A stretch of 63,995 nt of DNA, filler included, from Folioceros fuciformis (GCA_049999805.1; 5 parts of 5 records of this genome joined end to end with filler, not necessarily neighbours in it); one strand, 5' to 3'; numbered from the whole stretch's first letter, positions 38,601-53,191 are shown. Notes: generated by a model from the sequence alone, not told the origin. Program-made: numbers and translations.

Positions 38601-40355
38601 GAGACGCTTCGAAACGGTACTCAGCCGAATGCGGGGCGCCAGCTGGGGCGAAAGCGAGGCGCAACGCGGCAGTACGGGCGAAACTGGCTCGGTGGCTGTG
38701 AGAGCTTCTCGCAGGCNNNNNNNNNNNNNNNNNNNNNNNNNNNNNNNNNNNNNNNNNNNNTTAATTAATTAANNNNNNNNNNNNNNNNNNNNNNNNNNNN
38801 NNNNNNNNNNNNNNNNGTGTGTTACTCTTGTTATTTATGCTACGATCTTGTGGTATGATCTCATATTGAACTATATTATTGATATCTTACTTCACTTCTA
38901 GCTTTGCTATTGCTTTACTTTTATTTATTTATTTTTGTTATTCACTGCAAGTGCTAAGGTTCCATAATTTTGTGGTTACTATTTTTTTGGTTTTGAGTTT
39001 ATTTTTTTTATCATTTATGTAATGATCTCTTACTTCACTTTTCACTTTGCTTTTGCTTTACTTCAATTCTTGTTTTGTTATTCACCGCTAATGCTAAGAT
39101 TTCATTGTTTCATTGATTTCCTCTTTTCCTTTTTTGTCTAGCTACTCCGATTATTCTTGTTGTTATGCCTTACTTTGATTTTTTGTTTTCTATTGATTGT
39201 AATTGTCTGGTTTAGTACAATGGTAGGCCTCAAACATGTTCTACTATACCTCCTTAGTGCTGATGGAAAAATTATTAAAGTCGAAATGACATATGTCATT
39301 AAAATCGATAAGATTATGAAGAGTAAGACTATGTTTTAGGGCTTCTCATCTTCTACTAGTAATGATATATTTTTGAAAGTGGGTGTATTCTACCATCTTC
39401 TAGTCCTAATAATATGTTTTGCTTTGCTCATTATATATATATATCAGCAATTGCTAACGCTCGACACTAATATTGCATCTAGTTCACGAAATAACGTGGC
39501 AAGAATTGGGCTATCAACTCAATGTCCTACCGACCTTTAGCTAGGAATTATCGTGAAGCTATGAGAAGGTCGAGGTCCAAGACTTTAGGAAGAGGAAGGA
39601 GATGTGATGAGGATGAAGAAGGTGCGGTACACCTGATTGTGTGGGCAAAGCAAAGCTGCAGAAAGAGCTACTCCTCCTGAACAAGTACAAGGAGCGTATT
39701 GTGCGACAATGGCTTGGCGCTCTCTCTTGCTCGCGATGTAAACGGTATTGTAGGAGGAGAAGCTTTCAGCTGCACATCCAAGTGGGCGGTCGCAGCGATG
39801 GTGCATCGCAGCCAAGCTGTCCTGTATCTAAGTGGGCTTGGTGCTCCAGCCAAGATTTTAACTGTTTGTGTTACTGTGGCCAAATTGCGTGAGGGAAAAT
39901 CTGTAATCACCAACTTGACATTCGTGGATATTGGCAACTGGATAGGATGCCTTCCGCGCATGATGTTTTACCCGTCAACGACTAGTAAGGCGAACAAATC
40001 ATTTTTGACTTCCCAGTTGCTCCGCCCCGGCATTGCAGCACAGACGTCGGGTGCAGGCATCCTGGTTAAGTGCTGCGTATGGTCCACAATCTCTAGAGTT
40101 CCCAAGCCTCTGCTAAAGGCATGAAATGGTTACCAACCAAAAATGGAACTTCAAGGTCGCATTTCAGCGAATTCCTTTTCAAATCCTCTTCTACTCGCCA
40201 CATGGTACCATGTCGATCCCACACTACCTGCCCGGGGGCGTTAAAGGAAGTACCTACACCGTGGCCTACAATAAGCTCAACATGTTTGCCCGTCTTAACT
40301 AGGAAAATAGATGTCATGCTCCACAACATGATTGATGTCTAGTAGCCAAGGTTCG

Positions 40356-43300
40356 TTAGATGCTCTTTCTTCTCGTTCCAGCCTTCTTACTCCCCTGTCA
40401 CATCCTGCCCAGTCAGACACCGATCTCCAGTAATGCTACACCAATATACGCACGGGTCAATGCTGACAGCACTTACCAGTCTTTTCTTGTTCACTCCTCT
40501 TGGCCTTTTCCTTTGCTCCTTCAACTTATAAATCCGTACCATCCAATGGTGGGTGGTGAACACCTGCAACAAATCAAGAAACAATTAATAGACCATTCTA
40601 ACGAAGCGAACAGAATCACTTCCTGCTGTTCACACCTCCTCAAAATGCGTAAGCTTGAATCTTTTCTTTCCAATCTCAGTTTTCCGAACTCGATCATATC
40701 CTTTTCCGTCCGCGGTTACTTCTGCGAAACTGCAGGCACTAAACGGGTTAGAGAGAACTCATACCCAGGACTGCGAGATAGCTAACTACAATACGCAGGG
40801 ACATCACACACCGGTAGTAAGACAGTTTGTACATAAGGGAATTCAGCATAGTCGGTGTTCCCTCCGAATCGATTCGATACACTCCATCTCTCTGAAAAGG
40901 GTCATGGAGCTCCAGCGATCAGCTCCAGAACATAACACGTTCAAACAAACAGCAATTGGAAGTTATAATTCAGCAGGGTAGGAAGGCTCACCAGGTACTC
41001 TGGCTCTTTAATGTGCGGAAAGACTCCCCCACCAATTCTCACCATCCAGAGGAACTTGTTGATGTCATCACTTGGATAGCCAACAAGCCCTGGACAACAC
41101 ATCTGCCAGGTCAATATCCATTTACACCCGAAGATGAGAATGAAAAGGGAGTCCACACCTGCACCATTTGAACTACATTTTCCTCATTGTAAGACAAGAA
41201 AATCATCAAAAGGTGGTATTCAAGACCTCCGAAGATGACAAATACGTATTTTACGTCCAAAGACCTGTAAATTTCCCAGGCTTGTCTTTCTGGGGAGGAC
41301 ATGGCCATCCCCACAGTGGCAATGTGTGTATTGTTCCAGGTGTTGTTATCCACAATAACAGTCCTGTTGGCCATAGCTGTGGTCTGATACCCATAATCCC
41401 ACCAGGATGCAACCTACAACAAACAAGAGTCCAGGACCACTTTCAATCCCAGCATGGTCTCAGAGATTGCTCTACAAAAAATACAGTCCACCATGACTTG
41501 AACCTTATCGTCTTCTGCAGTGTTGTGCCTTAGCCAACCATATGCCTCTCTAAAGTCATCGAACACATGGAGGCCATCAGCACCATGGGACGTCAGAACA
41601 ATTGATGGGGCTGAATACGCCTCAGCAGCAGCCCAGACACAATGTATCTATAAATCCATAGGCATAAATTAGAACACAATAATCAATTCATTCACCATGG
41701 CCTGCAAATTACAGTCTCAAACTAGCAGATATCATTCATGGTGTCGGACTCACAGAAGCTTACCACGTAGTATGAAACGAGCAAGAAAAGCAGGAAGAGG
41801 CATACTACTGACGCTTCCACTGGGAGGACGCTAAGCCTCTTCTCTGGTGCTTTCTTAGATGTCAATTTGTCTAGGATTTCCTTTTCCCTCTTCCTACTTC
41901 TCTTTGCAAGCTTCTCTTTAAGTGGCTCCTTCGATCTTCCCTCATTGGGACCCTTAGAAACTGCTTTGCTAGCCTCAGTGACATCATTACTGATGGAATT
42001 GCTGGCATTTGTTTCTTCCTAGAAGCAGATGAATTGCACATTTAGAGAGGACATGCAGAACTGAACAAACCAGTAAATTGAGCAGCTCACTGTGTAACGA
42101 TTTCTGCGTCAAGACTAACCAGACTCCGGTCAATGAACAGCTGGAACTTGAGAGATCTTGTCAAAGTCGAGTAAGCCTCAGAAAGAGCAATCCCAGACAA
42201 AATGCATGCAGCTGGAGCTAAGACCAGCATAAGTCGCACCTGCAACAGTAGAAAAGTCTTAAAGGTATCCTCGCAGCAGCAATTAGCGGCCGTCTCCCTT
42301 CAAAGCAAACAAAGGACAACACAAAAAGGGCCAACGCCCTTCAAACACAAAAAAGGATGGCAACAAAGAAACCAAGTCCATGTTGCGTTCCCGCATCGAG
42401 TACTCACCATCACTCCAGAGAAGTATACAGATGTGACAAGGTACAGCACTGCGAATGAACTAGCATCTGATAGTGGTAGAAAGCAAGCCTGTCAGGACAT
42501 GAAGACATACGTGTAAGAGGTCAAGTGGCAGAAACTAGACAATTTGAGCTTACTGCTCCAACCATTTTCACCAGCATAGACATGTACAGGTTCTGCATTG
42601 CAATAACATGAACCAATAGGTGGTGTAAGGATGATGAAATGTCTCACAATAATGCCTGCAGGAACCAAGAAAGCCAAGACATTGATATCCATAAAATACG
42701 ACGGCCATGTTGGAGGTTGATGTTCACTGACACTCGCAATGATTGGAATGTATTTGCTGGCATATGTTCTGCAAGATAAAGAAAGACAGTGCACAACTGA
42801 TCACGATGCCCTTAGGTTACTCTGTCTCCAAAGACGATGCTGGAAACTGTCTTTGAGGCAACTTTTTGAAAGACGACCCAGTAGCACAACTGTCAAGATT
42901 GAATATCCGTAAACACAAGGCAGGTTGTGTTAGTGGACTTGGACGCAACTTACGGATCAAGCAAGCTGAGACTTCTGCCACTCCATCCCTTCGTTGGACT
43001 TGCAGCAACCAGAGCGACTAGGATGGCAACCAGTCCAAAAGCAATAGTTCTGCAGGTGCAATGAAAAAACTCATTGGCTATAGTGCATCAGCTCATACCG
43101 ACGACTGCTACTGTACATTGTTTACCACAACAAGTCAGACCTTATCGAGGAGCGTCCACCACACAATTTTGACCTTATGGAAAACAAAGACCAACAGCAT
43201 GACACAAGATTTTTCTTGGTTCCTCCCGTGAGGGCAGGTTATGGAAAAGATGACCTACGTGCCACTTGTTACAACCAGAGCTAATGCCATTCGATAGACT

Positions 43301-45787
43301 CTTGCTGGCAAAATCCTCCTGATGTAGTGTGCCAATGCCACAACGTGTATGATCACAAAAACCTGTCCGACAATTTTTGTCATGATAGGCAAAACTTCTT
43401 TCATGACTGTGACTTTTCTACACAGACCCATGTATACAATCAACCGCCACTCCGTAGGAGGTACTTACTTACCAGAAAAGCACCAAAGTGCTCGGAAGTC
43501 ATAACGGCGTTGAAACCAACAACTGGTACCAGAGCAGCTAGAAGAGTACCCAAGATAACCTGCAGAACATACCGTAAAGCGCCATGTAAGGCAACCATGT
43601 AGAAATTTGCGAGCCGCAGTATTACTCAGCTGTAAAGTAATTGTATCTTACCAGTGGTGCAAAAGCTATATAAAGTCGTGATGAGTAGCGGCCAGTCACG
43701 ATGCACAACAGTACATGCAGAGGGATTAAGTTGATGATGAACGTGTACCCACCCCAAGAGCAAACCTGGAAAGAACTCAAGCACAACATCAAGACCATTC
43801 ATCTGAGCCTAGTACACAAATCCACGGGAAATAAAACACAGGAGGTCCATACCATGTAGAAGTAGGCCAGGGAGTTCAATGTGGCGAAAAAAAGTGATCC
43901 TGTATTCAATGTCTGCAATCCCAACAAATCAAAAGTCAAGGATGAAAAATCTGAATAGGACGATCCCAGCTAAGGGCAGGAAATATAACTCTTAGGCTTT
44001 CAGGGAGCAAACCTTGAGATAAAGGAAGAAGGTGAACACTAGAGCGAAAATTGCCACAGCTTCGTTGTCATAACTACCTGCCACAGATCGAGAGATGTAC
44101 GAAGGTACCTGCATAATCCAAATAAATGGATGGCAAGACCATCACTAAACTGGACCTCCCACAAACTACCACTTCCACAAGCTATCTTGAACAATCGGCA
44201 TAAACAGCTACATATGGAGCTAGTCAAACATCAGCCAACGTAGACCATTTACCATTGCCATCAACCCAGCTGCCATCAAACCTGCTCCTGTACCTTTTAC
44301 CTCCTGCAAACAAAGACCACACCAAGTAAGGCGCCAGTCAAGCTTACAGTAGTTGAGTGACACTTTGGCGGCAGCAACGACCTCGAAATTCAGCACATCA
44401 ATCAATTGACGGAGACTTCCGCACAGTAGTAGCTGGCAGCAGAATTAAGCAGTTCAAGATACAAACAGCAGACTGCTCACCTTAGTCAGGAAAAAGGTGG
44501 CCCAGGCTGCAAATGCCGAAAAAATTGGAGCTGTGAAAACACATACTGTTTCCACCGACAGGGGGATATTGAGTGAAGTGGCTATCCTGCAGAATCGCCT
44601 AATATGTCAGAAGGAAACAGGCCACAGAAACAAAATCTACAACTAGCATCCATGCCATTCACTAGCTTTCTGCAGGACGACAAGATCTTACCAATGCATG
44701 GTGCCTGCCGTTAGGGTCAGTCCAGGATAAACTGTTCCCCCAACCACACGTCCCAGTGGATACCTACGCACACAGCAAAGACATGTCAAGATGATAAAGA
44801 AACCAGTGACTCGAGTTCTTCCTACGACGAACATAGGGACAAGAATATACATACCGGAGCATAAGCATTAGCTGTGTGCAGACCAGTGCGAGGCACTTAC
44901 CAAGTACGATCATCAAACCAGTTCCAAAAGTTATACACTCCGGAGTTCACGAGGTACTGGACACAACAATCACCACAAACAACGTAGTACACTATATCCA
45001 TAAGACGACATCTTCAAAAAAAAACACACACACACACATACACACAGACATTGGATGACTTGCAGAGAGGTTGTTCGCAGACCTGGGTTACTCGATAATT
45101 GAAGTAAGGATCAAATTCATGAATCACACTTTCATACTTGATCACCTGCCAGACACTGGAACATATCACCACTTGCAGCTTGGAAAGGGCAAACCAAAAA
45201 TACCCTGACAGAAACTTAACAGCAGGACATTGCAACTTCCGATGAATTTCAAACCCGTCAGCAACAGACTAGAAGCGACCCGGTTACATTAGGTTTCACA
45301 CAAGTAGCAACGCCGTACTGCATCTCAAACTGACATTATTGCTCACGGAAGTACAAAACTACAGACACAAAATCGATGCCTTCATCAGACCACACCTTGT
45401 GCGACCCTACAGTTCACGCTCTGCATCAGCTAAACCAGAAAGCCACAGAATTTAGGTCTAATAATCAAAATTTCGCAGTTGAGAGCATCAAACGCTACCA
45501 GTGCTATGCCCAGGCTGCCTTGAGCTCGGCGTTAGGAGGCAAGAATCGTAGACCAGCCACGTGACACGTACCGAGAACAGCCGGATGGCAAATCCCATGA
45601 TTCCGATGAGAACGAGAATGAGTGTGGCCAGAAAAGGAGGAATGGCGGCTCCATGATTAGAGCCGCCTGCGGCAGGAGCCGTCGGCGTGGTCTGCCTGGA
45701 GGCCGTCGGGGGAACCTCCTCCGCTTCCTGTGCTGCGACCGCTGCTCCGGAAACCTCCGGGGCGCTTGCCCCTCGCACCCCCGCCAT
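40356..45787 (-). CDS. STT3A: Oligosaccharyltransferase catalytic subunit STT3A (many exons)
   Basis: [101 protein letters not shown]. Confidence 0.96.
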
Positions 45788-46136
45788 GGTTGCTGCTGGA
45801 TCACAAGCCCAGCGTCATGGGCTTAATATTCCTTAAATTCCGTGGCTCGCGTGCCAACAGAAGCAGATCCTATGCGAGCTCGGCTCCAGCAGTCCGCTTG
45901 CCACCGTCTAAGTCGGATGTTTAAATTGTAAGTAATTTCACACAGCAAGTAGGGGCCCGGGAGACAGTGACTACCTAATCAGACTGCCGTCTTCCTGACG
46001 GAGTTCGTAGTGTGAAACTAACATCACAAGAAACAGTTCTTCGCAGAGGAAAATGTGGTGTGTATGTTTGGCAGATGAAAAACACGGATAGATGGACTAA
46101 GTTCTCGGTTATCCTCTACAAGGCCGAGGAGGAGCG

Positions 46137-47737
46137 CTATGTTTCCAGGAAGTCTGGAGGAACTGTGTCCGGCGTGAAATAGTTTTCCCTGACTTCCGCA
46201 GCTGAGCAGAATTTCACCTGCATGAACGAACGTTGGAGACGATGACGGTGAGTCGCGGTTGAAAACTTGTGTGTGGAGAAGGCGCGGGCTAGACACACAA
46301 CATTTACCAGACTAGCGTAAGATTTGAGCAAGGGCTTCACAATGTTCCAGCCTGGTTGGAAAATGATCGGAGCATCCACAAACAACACTTCACCCAGCCG
46401 CTTGGGATAGTATTCGAAGAAGACATCAACCTGCAATACGAGATGACCTACACAAATAAAGGCCGCAGGCCGGTGGGAGGGCTACGGGAGGAGGAGCAAG
46501 GAGACGAAGCATGGTTGTTACCAAGAACTTGACAAACTTCAAGTCTCCGTTCTTTGATGTAAAGCCTCTAAGATCGAAGATACCGAGCATCTTCTCCCCT
46601 CCTGGTGGAAGCTGGCTGAGAGCCTTTTCGATCAGGTGGACGCAAAGCTTCTCAGTGGCGACCAGTGTTGCTGGCTGTAAGAGTGGTGCACACAAACTGA
46701 TGTTGTTAACGATTCGGAGCAGATGACATGGTAGAGGGCGGAAGGACAGTGTGGTGTGCTTTTGCTTACGTCTGGGAAATGGTTGGCTGCCTTGACCACA
46801 ACCACTGGCCGTCCTTGTATATCTGGGCTGGTGTGCAGGTAGGCCTTTCCTGAAGCTGCAACTGCGCCGACTTCCTCTTGGGTGATGTCATCGACACCGA
46901 AGTCACGACGCCATTCCTGAAGCCGTCAAGGACGACGCAGAGTGGGGCAATCCCCATCGACTCCAACACCAGCAGAGCACGGAAAGGAAAAGGAAAACGA
47001 TAAGGAAAAGGGTAAGGGAAAGGATGGATACAAGCGCCCTGCTGAGCTTGGCCACAGTAGCATCCACGTCAAACTTGCGGTCGCGGAGGAACCACAACAA
47101 GAGGCTATCATCATCCCGCCCGTTCTTGCCCANNNNNNNNNNNNNNNNNNNNNNNNNNNNNNNNNNNNNNNNNNNNNNNNNNNNNNNNNNNNNNNNNNNN
47201 NNNNNNNNNNNNNNNNNNNNNNNNNNNNNNNNCCCTCAGACTGCTGTGCTCGATTTCCAGGCGTCTCTTCACCTCGCTCACCAGCTGCCAGGAGCCATTT
47301 ACCGAGTCAAGAGCCTGACATTGTGATCCCCCAAATTGTGAGCCATGGGGACTGCAAAATGCGTGCGTTTACACCTGCTCCTGATCGACGGTAGCCGGTC
47401 CAGCATCCGCCACTTTGGCGTACGTTCTCACACCAGGGGATCTCTGAGCTGGTCTGGGATTGCGACCACCGATCCTGCTGCCTTAAACACCCCATGGAAA
47501 ACAAGGCACCCACTCCGTGACCACCCAAACTGCACAGAAGCGCAAATGTCGCAGCAGCAGCCAATCCAAAATCGCCCATCACTACTTACCCAAGCAGACT
47601 TGCACCCGGAAGGACCCCGCCAGAGGCTGCTGCTGAGGCACCCGAGACGCCCAGGCTGCCCTCGGAGTTGCACACACTGCTGCTGCAGGTGGCGCAGCTG
47701 CTCCCAGCGCCGGCCTGGCCACCACTGCCGCCGCCAT
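46137..47737 (-). CDS. Chloroplast Sec14-like CRAL-TRIO lipid-binding protein (CPSFL1-like)
   Basis: Ala-rich transit peptide, [48 protein letters not shown] gap at 47133-47232 hides part of the gene. Confidence 0.88.
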
Positions 47738-48463
47738 TCCGAAGGGTGACGCGACGGCGCACACAGCAGGCCCTGGCTGGGCTTTTCCCCGACCGTAAAA
47801 CGGAGAAAGAGAAGAAGGCTGGTCCTTCGCGCTGTGCGTCTGCCTCTCTACCTGGTGGCTGGATAACGCGGCCAGATCATCTTCCAACCAGATCCAACTG
47901 CTGGTAAATATGTATCGATCGGTTGCTTCTGTAGGCATGTGCGATAGCTCTCCTGGGAGAAGGTGAGGAGCGCAGAGTCCAGACAGGGCCCACTTCGCTG
48001 TCGGACGATGTCCAGTAGTAAGCTCACGCTAAATTGGTTTAGGTGGATTGCGTGACACTCTTGAAGGTAGCTCACGCCAACTCGGACTAACTACAGTAGA
48101 GTTGTAGTTTGTGTGGCCTGCTGTGGGGGAAGCCTGGGGCGGAGGGAGACCTGCACATAAAAGCATTGCAATCACGGCCAACACAGTCCAACGAGGACGA
48201 TCAAAAAGACAGAAGTTGTCCACTGCCTGCCGTGATAATACACTAAGGAACAACAACACGAGATCACAGATTTTGATATCGTTCGTCATCAGAATGAGTA
48301 ACAAACCAAGGAGTCCTATCGTCCAGAAGAAAGACATTCTAGTGGAACAACCCCTTCCAAAAAGGCAGAAGCCAGAACAGAACAAGTCTGGCGTCATCAC
48401 GACCCCTAGAGCACAAAGCAGAAGGATCTACAAAGAGTCTGGGACGAAGAAATCACGGGTGAG

Positions 48464-49129
48464 CTAGACGTTGGGCTGCGGGGTGAGGCGAATGTAGCCC
48501 TTGCCGGAGGGAACCGACACCTTCTCGAAGCCCTTGGGGAACTTGGCGGTGGCGGCCTCGTCCGAGAGGGAGGGGACCACCATCACCTTGTCACCGTGCT
48601 GCCAGTTGACGGGGGTGGCGACGCTGTGGTTGGCAGTGAGCTGGAGGGAGTCCAGCACCCGGAGCACCTCGTTGAAGTTGCGGCCGGTGGTGGCGGGGTA
48701 GAGGATAGAGAGCTTAAGCTTCTTGTCAGGGCCGATGACGAAGACGGCGCGGGCGGTGAAGGGAATGCCGGACGCGTCCTTCTCGGCGGGATCCACCATG
48801 CCCCAGGCCACGGCAAGCTCGCGGCTGGGGTCCGCCAGGATGGGGTAGTCCACCTTGGACCCGGGGGTGTAGCTCTCGATGTCCTGGATCCAGGCCTTGT
48901 GGGAGTCCACCGTGTTGCAGCTCAGCGCCAACACCTTCACGCCCCGCTTCTCGAACTCAGGCAGCAAGGCTCCCACGGACCCCAGCTCCGTGGTGCACAC
49001 GGGAGTGAAGTCGTTGGGGTGCGAGAACAGGATGGCCCAACTCCCCTCGATGTACTGGTAGAAGTCGATTTCGCCCTGCGACGAGTCCGCCTTGAAATTG
49101 GGCACGGTGTCTCCCAAATTGATCCCCAT
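48464..49129 (-). CDS. PER1: 1-Cys peroxiredoxin (Prx6/rehydrin), intronless, 221 aa
   Basis: FSHPNDFTPVCTTELG active site, YPATTGRNFNEVLRVLDSLQL, VATPVNW, PSGKGYIRLTPQP. Confidence 0.95.
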   Translation of the reverse strand: MGINLGDTVPNFKADSSQGEIDFYQYIEGSWAILFSHPNDFTPVCTTELGSVGALLPEFEKRGVKVLALSCNTVDSHKAWIQDIESYTPGSKVDYPILADPSRELAVAWGMVDPAEKDASGIPFTARAVFVIGPDKKLKLSILYPATTGRNFNEVLRVLDSLQLTANHSVATPVNWQHGDKVMVVPSLSDEAATAKFPKGFEKVSVPSGKGYIRLTPQPNV

Positions 49130-49743
49130 CTCGCTCCAACCTTTCTGCGCGCACCAACAGAAGTTCGTACAGTCCAGTGTCAGCAATCCCGCACTCAGTC
49201 ACTGCCAATTCCTGCTCACCACCTCAAAGCCACACGCAACGCAACGCAATGCAACGCCACAACAATCTAGCTATGAACTGGGCTGAGCTGAGCTGAGCTG
49301 GGCCTCCAACCTTGCACGCGGCCGGCTACACTGGTGACAGCTCCAGACTCAGACGGCGGGAGCAACAAAATGCGGAAGTCTCCAAGACGACTGACACTCA
49401 CGGATCACACAATGCTTCTGGGAAGTGAAGTTGCCAATTAGGCTAGGCCAGGCCGGGCCAGGCCAGGACTGGGGCCCATCATCGTTCGCTACGCTGCCAG
49501 CCTTGCCCGTTACCCTGTCTCTCACATCACTCTCTCTCCTCCTTTTGCAAAGTCGGACGGACAGGTACATGCACCTCCCCCAGGTAAAATATTCTACGAA
49601 CGTCGGAGGCTGCAGCCAACAGGAAGCTTCACACACTCTGTGCGTGGAAAAGATCCTACACATGAATGTAGCGTTTCTCCACCACAGCCCAAGGATTCAA
49701 CTCCAAGTCCCCACCTGGAATGTGGTGGCTATGACCACGTGAG

Positions 49744-51016
49744 CTAGATTTTGAGCTTGTCTTCCTCTATGCTTGACAGGATGAAGTCAAGGGCGGCAAA
49801 GAGCTGCTTCCGTGATGCACCGTCCGTTATACACGCCACAACTTGCTCAAGGGATCCTAGTCTGTCTGGGAAGTCTGCATCGAGAGATGGGTTCATGAGT
49901 ACTCAGACTGAAGCAAGGCAGACAGGCCTGGGATGCTCGCTTGCCTCCCATTTTCACTTGTAAATTGAGGAGAGATCAGGTGAGTGCTTTACCCTGTGCT
50001 TGGATCTTAGGGTCATCGCTGAGAGCTACGATCTTGCAGCAGGAATTGGGAAGTTTGTTTGGCAGGCCAAACTCGTGGTACCTAGAAGTTGTAGACATGG
50101 ATCATAGTTTGAGGGATCTTTCATGCAGTTACTAGCAACAGCAGCTTGTGCTTGGCCAGCTTCCACTCCTGTGTAAAAGTGTCCTTGTGGAAGGCCGGAA
50201 TTGCACTACAACGATCATCAACGATGTGCTATCTAGGTGTTCCTCACCCCTATCAGCTACACACAGGGAGCGGGAGCAGACCTCTTGTTACATGCATTGG
50301 CTTTCTAGTGTGAGCGCAACTAGAAACCTTCCGGTCACATGTGCAGTAAGGTTCACAAGACTAAATAAAGCACGACAAGAAATCGTCTACCGGATAAGTT
50401 TCTGGGACTAAGGGCATCAGGTCATGGAGACTTGGAGAAGATTGGGAAGGCCCATCGCGCACCATCTTTCAAGCTCCTTCTGTCTGATAATGCTCTCCGT
50501 CTCCAAATCCAGTTTGTACACTAGTAGAAGCCCCTGGGCATCCTTTGCCATAGCTGGCCAACACGACTGATACCTGAAAATTGCGCTTAACCTTTCAGTA
50601 CAGGCACCACTTGAGCAAGGGATGTGGCCAAGCAGCCCGGTCACGGCAAGAGTGCAGAAACACTCACTTAAGGTCTCCGGAGCAGTCCCACAGCTGGATA
50701 GGTCTGGCCTGTGCAGTGCGTGGCAATTTTCGTTCCACCTCTTGTATCCTGGACAACCAAGGGATGGGAGAAGTGCAATGCTCAGAACTTGCTTGCACCG
50801 GGAACAAACTTAAAGTTTGCTGAAGCCCCTAATGCCTTCAAAAGCACAGGAGAAACTTCACCTGACTCCAACAGTTGGATTGTAACGGAGAGTGAGAGGA
50901 TCCCACTCCGCCAAGGCACGACTGACACTGGTTTTCCCACAACCCTTAGGCCCAACCACACACACTTTGATAGGCTCTTCACTTCCACCAGTAATCCGCT
51001 TCTGCATTGCATCCAT
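49744..51016 (-). CDS. IFT22: Intraflagellar transport protein 22 (RABL5-like small GTPase)
   Basis: KVCVVGPKGCGKT, YNPTVGVR|IQEVE, QLWDCSGD|YQSCWPAMAKDAQGLLLVY, ELERW|YHEF. It lacks the canonical NKxD motif, as RABL5 does. Confidence 0.8.
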
Positions 51017-51680
51017 GGGAGGGATCTCGTATCTCACACCCAGAGCCAGAGCCCAGTGCCACCAAGTCAAGGACTCAGAGAATCTCGACTCATGCAATCT
51101 CTCTGAAGTCAAAAGATGGGATCCCAACTTGGAGTCAGAAAACGGATCCTCCAGAATTCACGCAAGCACCGCACCCACACTTGCAGACCGATTGCAAGCT
51201 TGTCCACGCCCCATTTATACAAGCTGCCCAGAACAGTCAGCCTCCCCAGGAATGCAGAAGAAGGCGGGAACAGGGAGGAAGCAGGTTGGTTTCTGCGCCG
51301 CATGACACATCCAGCCGGTGACTTGGAGAAGTTATAACGGCTGACCACCGGCTGCAGGCTGTACCCTCCCGTGCTTCTTGTTGCGTAAAAGTGCCCGAAG
51401 TCGGACTCGTGTCCTTAGCAGCAAACAAGAACAATCTCGTCCTGCTTCTTGCTTGGCCTGGACTGAGACGACAGGACTAGTGAGGACGCTTCTTTCTTCT
51501 TCCTCCTCCTCCTCTTTCCCCCGGAAGTGCACCGAGCTTGCAAGAACGGCCGTCCTCCTCCAATTCTAGCCATGGATGCTCTCCCAGCCTCTGGACATCA
51601 AAACATCGAATCCACCGCGTATGAGCACGCGCTGATCCCGTCCGTCAATCCTCTAGCTGCAGTATCGCATCGCTAGATGA

Positions 51681-53191
51681 ATGAACGCGGATATAGATGC
51701 ATTCATGCATTCCTCGAGGCTTCACCTTGTGCGAAGGCGGATCGAGCTGGCATGGATCGAACGGAAGCACGCCGTGCTCGCAGGCAGCAAGGGCAGAGGC
51801 CAATCCCTCGTCCTCCTCACTCTGCTCTTCACCGCGCTGTCTGTCTGCGTCTACAGCATCCACCACTTCGCCCTCCCTCCGCAGACCATTTTGGCACGAA
51901 AGGCGTGCCCTGACCAGCTGCTCCCTCCCAGCAACTGCTCTTCCCAGCACCAGCGACAGCTGCATCCAGAGCCGGAGGTGAAGGAAGTCGTGATCCGAGA
52001 ACCCTGCCAACAGGAGGAGCCGAGGAAGCAGCAGGAGCAGGATGCCCCGCAGACGACAATTGTGAAGCACGAGCCGTGGTACGCGGAAAACAGGACATGG
52101 CACTACCCGGCCGAGTTCCCGCTCTGCTCCATGGACGTGTGCTTCAATTTCTCCAGGTGCGAGGAGCAGGAGGAGTTGCTGGTATTCTCGTACGCGCTGC
52201 CGAGCCCGCCGGTGCGCTACTTCGCCCGCATCAACTCCAGCGTGCACCACACAGACGATCCAGCCAAAGCCTGCCTCTTCTTCGTGTTCCTGGACACGGA
52301 GACGCCATGGCCACCGCACCCGGCCGAGCTCCCGCACTGGAACGGCGGCCTCAACCATGTGCTCATCACCTTCGCGGACATGTGGAGACAGAAGGGCCCG
52401 CTCCCGGGCACCATCGGCTTCGCGTCTATCATGGCCACCGACATGCACGAGACCACATACCGCGCCGGCTTCGACATCAGCATCCCCTTGCCGGGAAACG
52501 TACACATGCCGCATCTTCAGGGGCTCAAGCCGTGGGAAAGGCGTTACTTCATGACGTTCCGAGGCCTTCGCTACCTCGGCCACCGCGGAGAAGGCATCCT
52601 CAGAAGCGAGCCCGTCTTCAGGTACCCGGATCTCGTTTCGCTTTCCTTCAGAATCGCTCCCTGCTCAACAGACCGCCGAACTTGCGGAATGCCAGGAACA
52701 TGCACAATGGAGAGGACGTGATTGTGGCCACATCTTGCAACCATTTCATCAACGACATGAACCGAGCCAAAGATCCAGCGTTGGGTGCGCATTGCGAGGA
52801 AGACAATGCAGTTCATGCGCACTTTTCTTACGAGGAGCTCATGAACGCCACCTTCGGCTTGGTTCCTGCCGGAGTGCAGCCCAACTCGTACAGGTTCATA
52901 GAGGTGCTCAGCGCCGGGGCCATCCCCGTGCTCATCGCGGATAATTATGTGAAACCTTTCGACACTCTGTTCCAGTGGCACCGATGCATTTTGCAGTTCC
53001 CGTCCTCGCAGATGCACAGAATACTACCCACGGTGCGGGCGTTGAAGAAGCAGCAGCTGGAGCGAAGGCAGGCCAGATGCTTGGAGTTCTACACTTCGCT
53101 CAAAGACGACGACACGCTCCTCAGAACTGCCATCCTAGCTCTCAAGGCAAGGTTCTATGGAATTTTCCACAACGAAGCACTGCCGCTATGA
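51681..53191 (+). CDS. Exostosin-like glycosyltransferase (GT47), type II membrane protein; start uncertain
   Basis: TM segment, CSMDVCFNFSRC, TDDPAKACLF, LPHWNGGLNHVL, YRAGFDISIPL, MNATFGLVPAG..SYRFIEVLSAGAIPV. One intron at ~52622-52704. Confidence 0.9.

Noticed and set aside
36200-38716. GC-rich region with many short overlapping ORFs
   Set aside because: No recognisable domain or consistent exon chain could be built, so it is left uncalled.
39560-40340. Short ORFs downstream of STT3A
   Set aside because: No motif recognised; coding status cannot be supported.
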